64,000 bases of DNA from Octopus sinensis (GCF_006345805.1 NC_043007.1:33480001-33544000), one strand, 5' to 3'; shown: positions 13,999-28,360, numbered from the stretch's first letter. The notes: generated from the letters alone by a model not told the origin. Program-made: numbers and translations.

Positions 13999-14034
13999 TT
14001 TCCCTGATGAAAGGCTTAGCTGGGAACATTAGGT
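13999..14034 (+). ncRNA. Decayed minimal hammerhead-like motif
   Basis: CC-CTGATGA-AAGGC(TTA)GCT-G-GGAACATTA-GG, interpreted as decayed GAAACGTTA. Confidence 0.4.
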
Positions 14035-14541
14035 TTCTTGTCTCCCCATGGCATAAGAAATTATCTAAATTTACCAACTTTAGAAATAATTTTCACTGAT
14101 GTAGACAACCACAAGTTTTGATGGACTCAATCATTTTTTTTATATATTTATATTTACATTTGCTGTTTATATATCAATCAATATCTAGAATTAACCAATG
14201 GCTGGTGTAAACTTAGCAATTAGAGAGCAGACAACGAGAGAGTATTAGATATTACACCATGAAGCATATGAATCAATTTTAGGACTATAACCCCCTACAG
14301 TAAATAAAAGATTGATATAAAAGATAATAGACACAACAGGTTGTAACCTCACGGATTAATTTAAAGTAAGGCTGAATATTCATCCTGGTATTGAATTAAT
14401 ATGAAAGAGAATAATTTCTTTCATTGATGCTTTGTGCTTCAGGTCGTACTCAGTGTAAAAGTGTATTTGTTAATCAATGCTAGCTTTATTACGTACATCA
14501 CAGTCTGTCCATCGTGGCATCAATACATCTATATCTATATA

Positions 14542-14578
<37 letters not shown>

Positions 14579-14765
14579 CATGATACATACATACATTATA
14601 TATATATAATATATGCATATAATATATATATGTATTATATATATATATATATATACATGATACATACATACATATATATATATATAATATATGCATATAA
14701 TATATATATATATATATATATAATGATACATACATACATATATATATATATAATAATGCATATTA

Positions 14766-14809
<44 letters not shown>

Positions 14810-14964
14810 TTGATATTACATACATAATATATATATCATCATCATCATCATCATTTAGTATCTGTTGTTTATGTGCTTTTTATGTGACACCTGTACAGGT
14901 GACAGTTACGTGACACTTGCATCATGCACCACTATGATTTCACTTGGCTTGACAGGTCTTCTCA

Positions 14965-15320
14965 AGTTGAACAAATCGACCCCAGGACTTATTTCTCTTG
15001 TTTTTAAGTATGGTACTTATTCTATTGGTCTCTTTTGCCAATCTGCTAAGTTATAGGGTGTAGACAAACAACACCAGTTATTAAGCAGCAGTGGCAGGAA
15101 GACAAACAAGGACACAAAGACACACAGACATAGATATATATATATATATACATAACATACATACATACAAACATATATATATATATGATAGGTTTCTTTC
15201 AGTTTCCATATTCCAAATCCACTCGCAAGGCTTTGGTTAGCCTGAAGCTATAGTAGAAGTGCCATGCAGTGCAACTGAAAGTGGAACTATGTGGTTAGGA
15301 AGCAAGCTTCTTACCACACT
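14965..15320 (-). mobile_element. SINE family A, diverged
   Basis: Shares both domains with 58817-59226. Confidence 0.75.
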
Positions 15321-15325
15321 GCAAT

Positions 15326-15644
15326 ATATCTGAGACCCCCTTCGGTCATGACTGACCATGGGATTGCACCTAGAAAGTTACACTCCCAGGCACAAGTCCG
15401 AGCAAGGTTGTTTATGGAAGATTAGTCACCCATGCATACCAAGCTCCCCTCTCCACGCCACCACTGTTATCCAAGCAAAAGGCAAAGGCCAATACAGCTT
15501 GGAACTTGTGACATCGAAACTCATTTCTACAGCTGAGTGAACTGGAGCAACGTGAAATAAAGTGTCTTGCAGACCAGTCTGGGATTCGAGCTCGCAACCT
15601 CACGATCATAAACTTGATGCTCTAACCACTGAGCCATGTGCCTT
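15326..15644 (-). mobile_element. SINE family C with 11-bp TSD
   Basis: tRNA head GGCACATGGCTCAGTGGTTAGAGC; CAAGACACTTTATTTCACGTTGCTCCAG block; CACACTGCAAT at 15315-15325 and 15645-15655. Confidence 0.8.
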
Positions 15645-15778
15645 CACACTGCAATTTATATATATATATATGTGCATGCTATGCATGCATGTATGTATGT
15701 TATCTATGTTTCTATCTATCTATCTAGATAGATAGACAGATAGATAGATAGATAAATATATAATAGATAGATAAATAA

Positions 15779-15840
<62 letters not shown>

Positions 15841-16644
15841 GGATAGATAGATGCTTACACATACATACATATTTATGCGTGTGATGGATTATATGTGCGC
15901 AAAACATTAATGGTAAACATCAAAAATTTTAGACAATCTGAAAATATGAACTCAGAACTATTATTAACTCTTCAGATTATCATGTTGCATCTGTTCCATT
16001 TGCATTATTTTTTTGTTGTTGAGAATCTTAATTTAATAGAAAAAAAAGATAATTAATGATTTCCTTTTTTTCTCTTTGATATCTCTATCATAAATTATTG
16101 CTAACAAAGATAGTAACAAATGAGATTCTGTGGTTCATTTTTAGTTTTCATTCTGTTTTATTTATTTGATATTATTTTAATTTTTTATTTATTCATTTTT
16201 TTTTTTTTTTTTGCCTTAAAGTTAACACACTAGCAAGGAATGGTGCAAAAATATATTGTATCTTTTCAATGAACAGAACATAAAAATGCCAGTGATGAAA
16301 AATTTCAGGATAACATAATTAATAATGATGAAAAATAAATAGAAGAGAAGAAATATAAATACACAGAAAGCTTTAAAACTATAAAAATCAAAAATGAAAT
16401 TCTGAAATGTTATTACGAAGCAAAACAAACAGAAAGTAGAAAGAAAACAAACGGAAAACCAATGGTAAAATATGATAGAAAGTAATGAAATCAGTGTGAA
16501 AGCTAGCAACAGTTAGAAAGAAAAAAACCTCTGTTGCTCTGGTTTAAATGCCAAAAAAACAGAAGCTCTGTTTTGAGCTGCTTACAATCAATCCCTAGCC
16601 ACAGACAAAAAGAGAGATAGAGAGAGAAGCTAGCACCAACTGAT

Positions 16645-17015
16645 GATGGAAGCACTCCGTCGGTTACGATGATGAGGGTTCCGGTTGATCCGATCAACGG
16701 AACAGCTTGCTCGTGAAATTAACGTGTAAGTGGCTGAGCACTCCACAGACACATGTACCCTTAACGTAGTTCCCGGGGATATTCAGCGTGACACAGAGAG
16801 TGACAAGGCCGGCCCTTTGAAATACAGGTACAACAGAAACAGGAAGTTAAGGTGAAGAGAAAGTTGTGGTGAAGAGTACAACCGGGATCACCGCCATCCC
16901 CTGCCGGAGCCTCGTGGAGCTTAGGTGTTTTCGCTCAATAAACACTCACAACGCCCGGTCTGGGAATCAAAACCGCGATCCTACGACCGTGAGTCCGCTG
17001 CCCTAACCACTGGGC
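16645..17015 (-). mobile_element. SINE family D (tRNA-headed)
   Basis: CCCAGTGGTTAGGGCAGCGGACTCACGGTCGTAGGATCGCGGTTTTGATTCCC head; second copy at 47330-48050. Confidence 0.8.
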
Positions 17016-17189
17016 AAATTGATCTACGTTAAACTATTGGATAGCGTTCCCCGCTTCACATCGTCTTGGCTTAACAGCCCTCACCATTTGTTTTTGCTGT
17101 TTTGTTCTCACTGTCCTGTTTGTGTTAAATTATAAGGCACAAAAAGAAAATGACTCTTCCAAGACACAACAGTCTATATATATATATAT

Positions 17190-17630
17190 ATATGAAAGAA
17201 GGTTTGAAAATGCAATTTTAGAAGATGTTTATTCACTTGACCGGTTTCACTTTTTTAGAAAAAGATTGTCAAAAGTAAAATGTAAAAGCTTTGTATAAGC
17301 TTTGTTGTGTTAAGTACTGGTTGTCACAAAATATTGCAATACATATATACATTCTTTGAAAATATTTTTAAAAATGTTAAAAACAGTTTACAAGGAAAAA
17401 TCTTGGAAAAATATAACATGATCTTATTATTATCAAAGAATGTATATATGTATTGTAATATTTTGTGACAACCAGTACCTAACACAACAAAGCTTTTGCA
17501 TGTTACTTTTGACAATCTTTTTCTAAAAAAGCGAAACTGGTCAAGTGAATAAATATCTTTCAAAATTGCATTTTCAAACCTTCTTTCATATACAATTCCA
17601 CTTGTGCAGTACCTTACAACTTCACTTTGT
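17190..17630. mobile_element. PLE pLTR-like fold-back (~165-bp arms) with a decayed hammerhead in each arm
   Basis: Arms 17190-17358 and 17434-17591; ACTT-TTGACAA-TCTTTTT(CT)AAAAAAG-C-GAAAC-YG-GTC-AAGT followed by AATAAA; flanked by (TA)n. Confidence 0.75.
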
Positions 17631-18029
17631 TATATATATATATATGAATATATATATATAGGAAGGACTAGTTTGGCGAGTTGTGACCTGTCTTGCCTTC
17701 GAAACACGCTGGGGTCGAACTAGTGATAGCTGATGAAGGGGATTTTTCCTTGTGTAGTATGTCCTGTACTCTGTTTATAATGGTTTTTCCGTTTTCATTT
17801 CTCATTGAGTTCTACGTCTAGTTGTGGTGTCCTGTACTCACGTATATATATTTATATATGCATGTATATATACATGTAGATGTAGGTACGTACATATATG
17901 TTTGTATGTATGCATATATTTTATTTATTACACTATATATATATATATATACATGTATGTATGTATATATGTATGTATATATGTGTGTGTGTGTGTGTGT
18001 GTTTTGTGTGTATGAAATCTTTCATCGCT

Positions 18030-18425
18030 TACTTGCTTCATTCATTAGACTGCAGCCATGCTGGGTTATTGTCTTGATAGGTTCAGCTAAACAAATCAAC
18101 TCAGTGTTTATTTCTGTTTCTCTAAGCCTGGTATATATATTCTATTGGCCACTTTTTACCAAACCACTGAGAATCAGAGATGTAAAGAAACCAACACTGG
18201 TCTTCAAGCAGTGGTGGGGACAAGCACAAACACAAAGATGCACTCAGAGACGCACATACACATACATACAATGAGCTTCTTTTGGCTTCTGCTTATCAAA
18301 TCCACACACAAAGCTTTGGTCAGTCCAAGGCTATAGCAGAAGTCATTTGCTCAAGGTTTCTCACAATGGGACTGAACATGGAACCATGTGGTGGGAAGCT
18401 GACTTCTTATCACACACCTGCACCT
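18030..18425 (-). mobile_element. SINE family A, diverged
   Basis: Both domains recognisable. Confidence 0.7.
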
Positions 18426-18491
18426 ATACACACACACACGCACACACACACAAAGCCAAACCAGTTTGATACCAGTATTACCAAGGATGGC

Positions 18492-18750
18492 GGAGGCACG
18501 TGGCTTAGTGGTTAGGGTGTGAGCATCATGATCGTAAGATTGTGGTTTTGATTCCTGAACCTGGCTACGCATTGTGTTCCTGAGCAAAACACTTCATTTC
18601 ACATTGCTCCAGTCCACTCGGCTGGCAAAAATGAGTAACGCTGCGATGGACTGGTGTCTGGTCGAGCTGGGGAACACATATGCCATTGAAACCAGGAAAC
18701 TGGACCCATGAGCTTGGCTAGGCTTTAAAAGGGTGCATTTATTTATTTAC
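18492..18750 (+). mobile_element. SINE family C
   Basis: GGAGGCACGTGGCTTAGTGGTTAGGG head; GAGCAAAACACTTCATTTCACATTGCTCCAG (V/CORE-like block); (ATTT)n tail. Confidence 0.8.
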
Positions 18751-18809
18751 TTATATTAAATGAAAATCAAAATCAAAATCAAACCAAATCAAATCAGATA
18801 TCAGAAAGC

Positions 18810-19362
18810 AGAACCAGAATCGAAGTTGCTCAACATCAATGGAAATTGCAGCTGTGATACCAGTGCCAGTGACAAGTAAGCGAACCATCCGATCGTGGCC
18901 GTGGACAGCGCCACCCCGACTGGCCTCCGTGCCGGTGGCACGTAAAAAGCACCATCCATTTGTGGCCGTTGCCAGCCTCGCCTAGCCCCTGTGCTGGTAG
19001 CACGTAGCACCATCCGTTCGTGGCCGTTGCCAGCCTCGCCTGGCCCCCGTGCCGGTGGCACGTAAAAGCACCATCCATTTGTGGCCATTGCCAGCCTCGC
19101 CTGGCCCCTGTGCCGGTGGCATGTAAAAAGCGCCATCTGTCCGTGGCCGTTTGCCAGCTCCGTCTGGCACCTGTGCGGGTGGCACGTAAAAAGCACCCAC
19201 TACACTCACGGAGTGGTTGGCGTTAGGAAGGGCATACAGCCGTAGAAACACTGCCAGATCAGACTGGGCCTGATGCAGCCTTCTGGCTTCACAGACCCCA
19301 GTTGAACCGTCCAACCCATGCTAGCATGGAAAGCGGACGCTAAATGATGATGATGATGATGA
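18810..19362 (+). mobile_element. RTE LINE 3' UTR copy with ~5 tandem ~60-bp units
   Basis: Near-identical to 53650-54039; (GAT)n tail. Confidence 0.85.
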
Positions 19363-19591
19363 TTACCAGGGATGTTGCTGTCAGAATGTAAAGGACCAAA
19401 ACAGATACAACAAGATATCTTGTCTGATACTCTATCAGCTCGGCGAATCCACTATTGATCTCAGTGTTGGAGATTGAACTCAGAGCTCTGTTAACTGAGG
19501 CGTTCAGGCCACAAATTGTTCTTTCCAAAGCTCTAGTATAATATACATACATACATACATACATACATACATACATACATACATACATGCA

Positions 19592-19625
<34 letters not shown>

Positions 19626-19824
19626 CATACATATATATGTGTGTGTATGTGTGTGTGTGTGTGTGTGTGTGTATGCACATGCAAACACACACATAGACAC
19701 ACACACACCACACATACATGGTGCCAAAAATATAACACAAACACAGAATGCATTATTAAGTTGACACTCAGGAAATATATATGTATGTATTTGGAGTCTG
19801 TTTGATTATACATACATACATACA

Positions 19825-19858
<34 letters not shown>

Positions 19859-20333
19859 CATACATACATACATATATTGGCATTGGTAGGCACTTTTTAC
19901 CCTGTGGACATAAAAACATTCATCTTCTTATGGGGTTTTTTTCTTTTTTCTTTTTTTTTTCTTGTCTTCTTGCCCAATTTCTAATCTAACTTCATAAATC
20001 CAATTGCCAAAAATCTTTAGCCATTTAGGAGATTCTCTCAATCAAACCAGTCTGATGATGTGGCAGGCATCAAGATAATATAATGTCACTAGAGTAATTT
20101 ATGAAGCATTATATTCACATTTTCTTGAATGTATTATGCCTAATCATTTTGTCAATAGCATTTTTTTCCCCCATGAGATATTTATCTCGGAGCCCTGAAA
20201 TATTTATATTTGTATTTTCTATATTTGGAACCATTTGTGAATTATATTTGATTAAGATGAATTAAGAAGTACTGTGTTAAATTCATGTCTTATTGCTAAA
20301 ATATAAGTGTTTGCATACTTTATATATATATAT

Positions 20334-20412
<79 letters not shown>

Positions 20413-21247
20413 ATATATAGATATATATAGAATATATATATATATAAGTATATATATATATAATACAAAATGGGACAAAACACAAAACATCCGGACAGTT
20501 AGGTAATACAAAATGGGACTCTCTTATATGTAAGTATATATTTTTCTAAATCTTGTACGACTCTATTTCTGTCTACCAGCCCTTTCATGTTTATTCGTTC
20601 ATTCCACTCTTCGTTCTTTCGTTCCCCCTCTCTCACATTTCTTTGCCTTCTCTTCTTCCTCACTTTCCCACCACTTTTCGCTTCACTGTGTCCCTGCCAT
20701 TTTTTCTTGCCCCTCCTGAATTCTTCTGTTCCTCTGCTTCTACTTCTCTCTCTTCTCTTCCCACATGACCGGCGTTCGGTCAAGCCTGTTCTTTCTTTCT
20801 TGGTTTGGCCGTTGTCCGTGCAACATCAATATTCCTCCCTGTGTTTGTGAAATCCTGTATCCCTGCTGTAGGGCTTCATTTCCAGACACGCCAGCTTAAT
20901 TCAATTCGTCTTTAGTCGAAAGACACCTGTTGTTATGTCCTGTTATTATTTTTATTGTATTTGTGTAACATTGTCTGTTTTTTTCTGTCCTTGTTTTTGT
21001 ATACATTCATTGCTTTCTTCCAGGGAATTTAATGCTCTTAGCTTAGTTTTTCCTTGGGGCTTGCCAGATTGGAGCAATCTCAAGTATAATCAGCTGAAAT
21101 TATGAAGATAATCTGATACTTGACTGAGGAAAGAAAACTTCGAATGACCCATCCTTGTTTTCTTTGTCACAAACAGGAGATGGAGGAAAGTCCAAGAGAA
21201 AAGGAAGAGAAAAAAATCGTCAACGATCCACATGTGGCTACATTTTG

Positions 21248-21412
21248 AGTTGGCAGAATCGTTAGCACACTGGGCAAAATTCTTCGTGGTATTTTGTCTG
21301 CCGTTACATTCCAAGTTCAAATTCCACCAAGGTTGACTTTGCCTTTCACCCTTTCGAGGTCGATTAAATAAGCACCAGTTATGCACTGGAGTCGATGTAA
21401 TCAACTTAATCC
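21248..21412 (+). mobile_element. SINE family B
   Basis: TGGCAGAATCGTTAGCAC...AGTTCAAATTCC...GACTTTGCCTTTCA. Confidence 0.75.
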
Positions 21413-22024
21413 CTATATATATATGTTTAAGTAGTTGAATGAATTATCCTAGTATGGATAATTCGATTAACCGATACCCGGGTAGCAAATTTACGTCAGA
21501 AAGTACGGTTGAAGCTACATGTCAAGGGCAGAAATCACATGCTTTCGTGTGGAAATTTGTGTGTTTTTTTACTATAGATAAATGAAAGAATGGAGTCAAA
21601 CGACGATTTAACCAAATTCCTTTATGTATATATATATCGTCATCATCATCATCATCATTTTATACCCATTTTCCATGTTGGTATGGGTTGGTCATACATA
21701 CATACATGCATATGTACATACATATGTACATATATACATACACACATATATGTGTGTGTGTATGTCCACTCTACTTGGTGGCTGGTGTTAGGAAGGGCAT
21801 CCAGCTGTAAAAACCATACCAAAACTGACACAGAAGTCTGCTGCAGTCTTCTACCTGGCCAGCTCCTGTCAAACTATGCAGCTTTTGCTGGCATGGAAGG
21901 CAGACATTACACGATGATGATAATAACGATGGTGAGGATAATATGTATGTATGTATCCATGTATGCATGACCAACCAGTGACAGCATTATAAATGGACAT
22001 TATAAGTTGATGATAAGCAAGTAT

Positions 22025-22482
22025 AGGCGCAGGAGTAGCTGTATGTAGCTTGCTTACGAACCACATGGTTCTGGGTTCAGTCCCACTGTGTGGCACCTTG
22101 GGCAAGTGTCTTCTACTATAGGCTCGAGCCAACCAAAGCCTTGTAAGATGATTTAGTAGACGGAAACTGAAAGAAGCCCGTCATATATATGTATATATGT
22201 GTGTGTGTGTGTGTTTGTATGTCTGTGTTTGTCCCTCCAAACATATAAGAGAGTCTCATTTTTGTATCACCTAACTGTCCGGATGTTTTGTGTTCTTGTC
22301 CCATTTTGTATGGGGACGCAAATACACCAGCATTGGTTGTTAGTAATTCGGCAAAAGAGACCAATAGAATAAGTACTAGGCTTACAAAGAATAAGTCCTG
22401 GGCTCGATTTGCTCAACTAAAGACGGTGCTCCAGCATGGCCGCTGTCAAATGACTGAAACAAGTAAAAGAGTAAAAGAGTAA
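22025..22482 (+). mobile_element. SINE family A with internal insertion/inversion (~22245-22340)
   Basis: Head GGCGCAGGAGTAGCTGT; (AAAAGAGT)n tail; the insert matches the reverse complement of 20466-20525. Confidence 0.8.
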
Positions 22483-24080
22483 GTGTTTTTAACTATAAAA
22501 GCCTAAGTAAAAAAAACACTTGCTCTAAACATAGTACAGTGGGACTGAACCTGAAACCATGTGATTACAAAGCAAGCTTCTTTACCACACAGCTAATAAC
22601 ATTAAATACAACAGCTCCATTACCATAACCCTAACTTTGATGGTTACATTGAACAAAAAGGAAAGACATGTACCTCCATATTTGTGTGTGTATATGTGTG
22701 TTATTGTTTCACTGTTGTATCTTTTCTTCTGTCTAATTAGAGTGATATATCATGCAATTTTATGCTTTATGTTTTCTGCAAAGTTTTTTCAACATGATAT
22801 ATCATGCCATTTTAATTGCTACATGTACATTACATTTACGTTTTTTCATCCGTGTGTGTGTGTTTATTTATGTATTTTTTTTTCTTTCCAACTTTATAGA
22901 TGTTCTTTCTTTATATGATACTAAGCAAGTTAAAAATCTGAGCAGCAAAATAAATAAATATAAGAATAAAGAAAATAAATATAAATAAAAATAAATAAAA
23001 TTAAACAAACACATGCAAACCAATTACTTGAAACCTCAATAAATAAATATACAGAATATTACTGTAGTTATTCTTTATGCTGCTCATGGCAATCTCCACC
23101 GCTACTACCAACACAACCACCACTGCCGCCTCTGTTCCATCATGCTAATCAGAGTAATAGCATTAAAACACAATACTTAATTATAATGTAGGTTTATTTT
23201 TTTCCCTCGTTTCTTATTTCTTTTTTATTCTTCTGGCAAATTAGCATGATATTTTGTGAAAACTTAAGAAATGCATTTATATTGCTCCATCTACTTTTTT
23301 TTGTGTGTGTGTCTGCATGTGTATGTGTGTGTATATATATATATTATTACATACATAATCACATACATGTGTATATGTGGTGCAAAAGCATAGCTGCGTG
23401 CTTAACAAGCTTGCTTTCAAACCATGAGGTTTCTGGTTCATTCCTACCGTGTACCGTCTTGGGCACGTGTATTCTTTTATAAGCACAGGTATGGCTTTAC
23501 AGCCACTTGGTTTTGGATTCCATCCATGTCTGACATCTTTGGTAAGTGTCCTCTACTACAGCCCCAGGTTGATCAATACCTTGTGAGTGAATTTGAAAGA
23601 TGGAAACTATGAGGAAGCCTATGCATGACTGTGTGGCAAGTAGTTTGCTCCTCAAGCACATGAGATGTGGTTATAAGACACTTGCCAAAGGTGCCACACA
23701 GTGAAGTTGAGCTATGTTCAATCTCAATGTGTGGCACCTTAGGCAAGTCTTTTATAGCCACAAGCTGATTGGATCTGGTAACAAAAACAAAAAGTCATAC
23801 ATGCATATATGTATGTATGTATATATATATATATATATCTATATATATATATATATTATATATATATATATACATACATACACATATATATATATATAAA
23901 CACGCACAATGGATTCATTCAGTATATGTCTGTCTACCAAACCCATTCACAAGTTTTTGGTCAGCCTGAGATTATAGCAAAAGACACTTGGCAAATGTGC
24001 CACCCAGTGGGATTGAACTCAGAACTATGTGGTTAAGAAACAAACATCTTGCCACACTTGCACTTACTTAAAATTGGTAT

Positions 24081-24235
24081 ATCATCATCATCATCATCAT
24101 CATCATCGTTTAACGTCTGTTTTCCATGCTAGCATGGGTTGGATGGTTCGACCGGGGTCTGGGAAGCCAGGAGGCTGCACCAGGCTCCAGTCTGATCTGG
24201 CAGTGTTCCTACAGCTTGATACCTTTCCTAACACC
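24081..24235 (-). mobile_element. RTE LINE 3' tail fragment
   Basis: (CAT)n + TTTCCATGCTAGCATGGGTTGGA matches 53900-54039. Confidence 0.8.
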
Positions 24236-24247
24236 ACAATATTAGTA

Positions 24248-24466
24248 AATAATAATAAAGGTATTTATATAAGCTTAAAGCTTATAGCAATCACTGTGCA
24301 ATGACTAAGGAAAATAGTCAAATAATGGGGCATATTAGCCCTCAACAGAGAAGCCTTCTTTTTTCTGTCTAGGGCTTATATGCCCCTTTAGTAGACTATT
24401 TTCCTTAGTAATTGCCTGGTGATCGGTATAAGATTTAAGCTTATATAAATACCATTATTATTATTT
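24248..24466. repeat. Fold-back inverted repeat, ~100-bp diverged arms
   Basis: GGTATTTATATAAGCTTAAA..ACTAAGGAAAATAGTC..GGGGCATAT / ATATGCCCC..GACTATTTTCCTTAGT..TTTAAGCTTATATAAATACC. Confidence 0.85.
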
Positions 24467-24528
24467 ATAGGATTGTAAAACTCAGCAGCGTATAACAAAA
24501 CCATTCACACCAAATGCATATATATTAG

Positions 24529-24589
<61 letters not shown>

Positions 24590-24633
24590 TATTTATAATG
24601 TATGTATATATATATTTTATATGTATATATATA

Positions 24634-24663
<30 letters not shown>

Positions 24664-24666
<3 letters not shown>

Positions 24667-24863
24667 CTATACAATAATATGTTACATTACTCGATAGTCA
24701 AGATAAAACTCTGAGTTTCAGATGCCGAAGTGGAAATTCCACAAACCATCTCTTCGGTTATCTGGCTATTTGAAGTGATGGTGTTTCGGATTTCCACTTC
24801 GGCATCTGAAACTCAGAGTTTTATCTTGACTATCGAGTAATGTAACATATTATTGTATAGATA
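24664..24863. repeat. Fold-back inverted repeat, ~73-bp perfect arms, within (TA)n
   Basis: TATCTATACAATAATATGTTAC...GCCGAAGTGGAAAT / ATTTCCACTTCGGC...GTAACATATTATTGTATAGATA. Confidence 0.9.
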
Positions 24864-25295
24864 AATTTCCTCTATTTACATAATATTGAGGTCTCTTTCT
24901 TTCTTTTGTTATCTTACCGTTTTATCAATATATATATATAATCAAAATAAGCAACAAGGATATCCAGAGGTAATGCAGTATGATCGTTTCATGCAATAAA
25001 ACAGGGGACAACTAATGAAGGGAATGTTCTTTATGTTGCCTGTCTCGTTTCTCTATTTGTTTCTTGCGTTGTTCAAAAAAAGTTTTCCATGCTTTTGTTT
25101 TTTATATTCTCATTTCTCATTTTGTTCACGTTTTTTTGGTGTCCTGTACCCATATATGCATGTATATTTACATACATATGTAGGCATGTACATGTTATGT
25201 GTGTATATAGGAATATATATATATATATATCTATATTATATATATATATATATCATTATATCATGATATTATTATTGAATGCTACGCATCCATTT

Positions 25296-25329
<34 letters not shown>

Positions 25330-26039
25330 GTCAATTCTGGAACATGACTGTTGGTATATAAACCTGACGATTGCATAATGCATGAAAGTACTAGTTTCAC
25401 CAACCCCCACCTTCCACTTCCAAATATTTTCTTTTGATACTGGGAACTTCATTCATTTCCCTTATCTATGCTGATTTCTGTCTTGCAAATTACATAGCAA
25501 CCTCACAACTGTTGGTGATAAGAATAAAGCACCCAGTGCACTCTGTAAAGTGGCTAACAAATATGAAGGGCATCCAACCTCAGAAACCATGGGAAAGGGG
25601 GAGATTTGAGCTCAACATGGCCTTGCAGCTTGCCTGGTTCCTGTCAAACTGTCTGACAAACCATGCCAGCATGGAAATTAGATGTTAAATGATTGTGATA
25701 ACAATAATGATGATGATGATGATGATGATGATTATAGTGATGGCTTCTATTAGATATATTGCTATATACGTATTTATAACATCATCATCATCATCATCAT
25801 CATATAAATATGTATGACATAAATATACATGCATACATATGATACGAATACACATATTTGTAATATAAATACATTTTATATATATTAATTGTATCTAGAA
25901 TTTAACTTTTATAAATTCTTTTGCATTGATGTTCTTATTGTTAATGTTCTCATCTCTCTCTCCCTCCCTATCTCCCTCTCCCCTTCTTTTCCTTGCCCAG
26001 GTACAATTTAATGTTTCTTCACTGTTTTATTATTATTAC

Positions 26040-26073
<34 letters not shown>

Positions 26074-26110
26074 GTTATTGTTTTTTTTTATTATTATCAT
26101 TGTTGTTGTT

Positions 26111-26172
<62 letters not shown>

Positions 26173-26558
26173 CGTTATTATTATTTCCTTCTCTTATGCT
26201 GTCATGAAAGAAAGCATCATTAAAAGTATTGGATTTCTGATCTCTGCATTTATTCATTTACACATGCATATATATGAGAAATAAACTTAATCACAGGTAT
26301 TCACACACGTGCGTACACACACATACACACACACACACACACGCTTATATGCACAAATACTGATGTGAATACATACATTCTCAGGAATGTATATGCGCGT
26401 TTTATGTGTGGATGTGACAATGTGTGTATGTCTGCATTGCGTTTTGCATATATTTTATATGTGTGTGCGTATTTGCGAGCAGATAGTTAAGTGCATGCAA
26501 TATGTGTGTGTATGTGTGTGTGATATTTATATATGGACACAAATGCATAGTATATATA

Positions 26559-26589
<31 letters not shown>

Positions 26590-27224
26590 GTGTATGTGTG
26601 TGTTTGTGTGTATGATGTTTATATATATATGCACACACACACATATACACACACACACATATAGACACACAGACACATATAGACACACACACATACACAT
26701 ACACACATTTACACGGGGGGGGGGCTACTGATTTACTATGTCACTGCTTGCAATTTCTCAACAAATGTCAACGAGCTTAAATGATGTGAAGCGCCTTTCT
26801 CCATTAAAATACCACACACATACACAAGCATCCACACACACACACACACGCACGCACACACTCAGAGAGAAAGAAGCTGAAATACAGAAAGACGGAGATG
26901 TAGACAGACATACAAGTAGATAGATATCCACATAGACACACAGACATATAAATCTGTTGATATTCGGAAATACCTTGGGGACACCCTCTGCACACACAAC
27001 ATAGAGTTAAACGTGGCCTAACATACTTAACATAGTTAAACACATGCTTGCAAGTACGCCTGTAATGAGAAGCAAAAGTCATTAGCGTTAATGACAATGA
27101 TTGATAAATAGAGAGATTATGTGACTGAATCGATGAGCGATGCGTACATGTGATTATGTTTCTTCTCCCTGTCTATGTGCACGCGTGTGTGTGTATACAA
27201 GTCTCTTTACATATGTGTATGTGT

Positions 27225-27233
27225 ATGTGTGTG

Positions 27234-27281
<48 letters not shown>

Positions 27282-27480
27282 CATAGATATATACATATAC
27301 ACACACATACGTATACTTGCATATACTGGTAAACAGGTGTATGCATATGTGTGTGCATATGTATATAAATATACACACACACACACACATATATATATAC
27401 ATAAATATATACATATACACACACACATACATATACTTGCATATACTGGTATACAGGTGTATGCATGTGTGTTGTGTGTG
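27225..27480. repeat. ~120-bp tandem duplication of a compound microsatellite
   Basis: ATACTTGCATATACTGGTAWACAGGTGTATGCAT occurs at ~27313 and ~27433. Confidence 0.75.
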
Positions 27481-28121
27481 CATGTGTATATATATATATT
27501 ATATATATATTATAAATATATATGTATATATATGTATACATATATACATATATATATATACTTATATATATGCACACACATATATATATATGTATGTATA
27601 TATGCATATATTTATATATTATTTATATAATATATATATATATATATTATATTAATATATACACATGCATATATATTACTAGCATACACTAGTAAACATG
27701 TGTATGCATATGTGTGGTTGTGTGTGTGTGCGTGCGCATGCACACATGTGTGTATGTGTCTATGTGAGCATGTATGTGTAATGTGTTAAGAGTATTTTTA
27801 CCTCAGAGATTTTTCCTCCTCCCTCCTGATTCAAAGATTCCTCTACTAGAACACAAAATGAGGTCATCATACTTTATATAGGTGAATCTTAAAACTCTAA
27901 TTTTTTTCCTTAATATTTTTTATTTATTTTTCCTTCTTTTTTTTGTATTCTTCTTCTTTAATGCATTTAACTCTTCTTTCTCTTCCCTTTCACTAATCAC
28001 CTGCTGAGTTTGCTCCTTTGAAAATGGATATGGTATAAGTGGTTGGTGAGGGCCTACATCACTATCTAAGGCTTTTTATCTATATATGTAGTAGGCTTGA
28101 ATTACTGCTATCGCTTTCTCC

Positions 28122-28163
<42 letters not shown>

Positions 28164-28360
28164 CTATCTCTGTCTCTGTCTGTCTTTCTGTCTCCATCTT
28201 TCTCTCTTTCCATCTCTCCCAAACACTTAAGGTGCCTGGAGACAGAAGGAGAAAAAAAAACTAGAAGAAAAAAGGTAGGTAGGTGGGTGGATGGAAGATA
28301 AAAGAAAAAAAAAAACTTATTGATTTCAAACTGATTGCTGTGTGAAAAAAATATTGCAGG

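Noticed and set aside
17729-17760. CTGATGAAGGGGA..TCCTT (related copy at ~25012)
   Set aside because: No downstream GAAA or NUH in the same orientation.
18492-18565. Possible tRNA genes (also near 16950, 47980, 58817)
   Set aside because: They have A/B boxes but no complete cloverleaf, and each continues into a SINE body.
18890-19200. CRISPR-like regular repeats
   Set aside because: Whole units are homologous with no unique spacers, there are no cas genes, and the array is part of a LINE 3' UTR.
26720-27160. Unique-looking islands between microsatellites as regulatory elements
   Set aside because: Cannot be supported without conservation or chromatin data.
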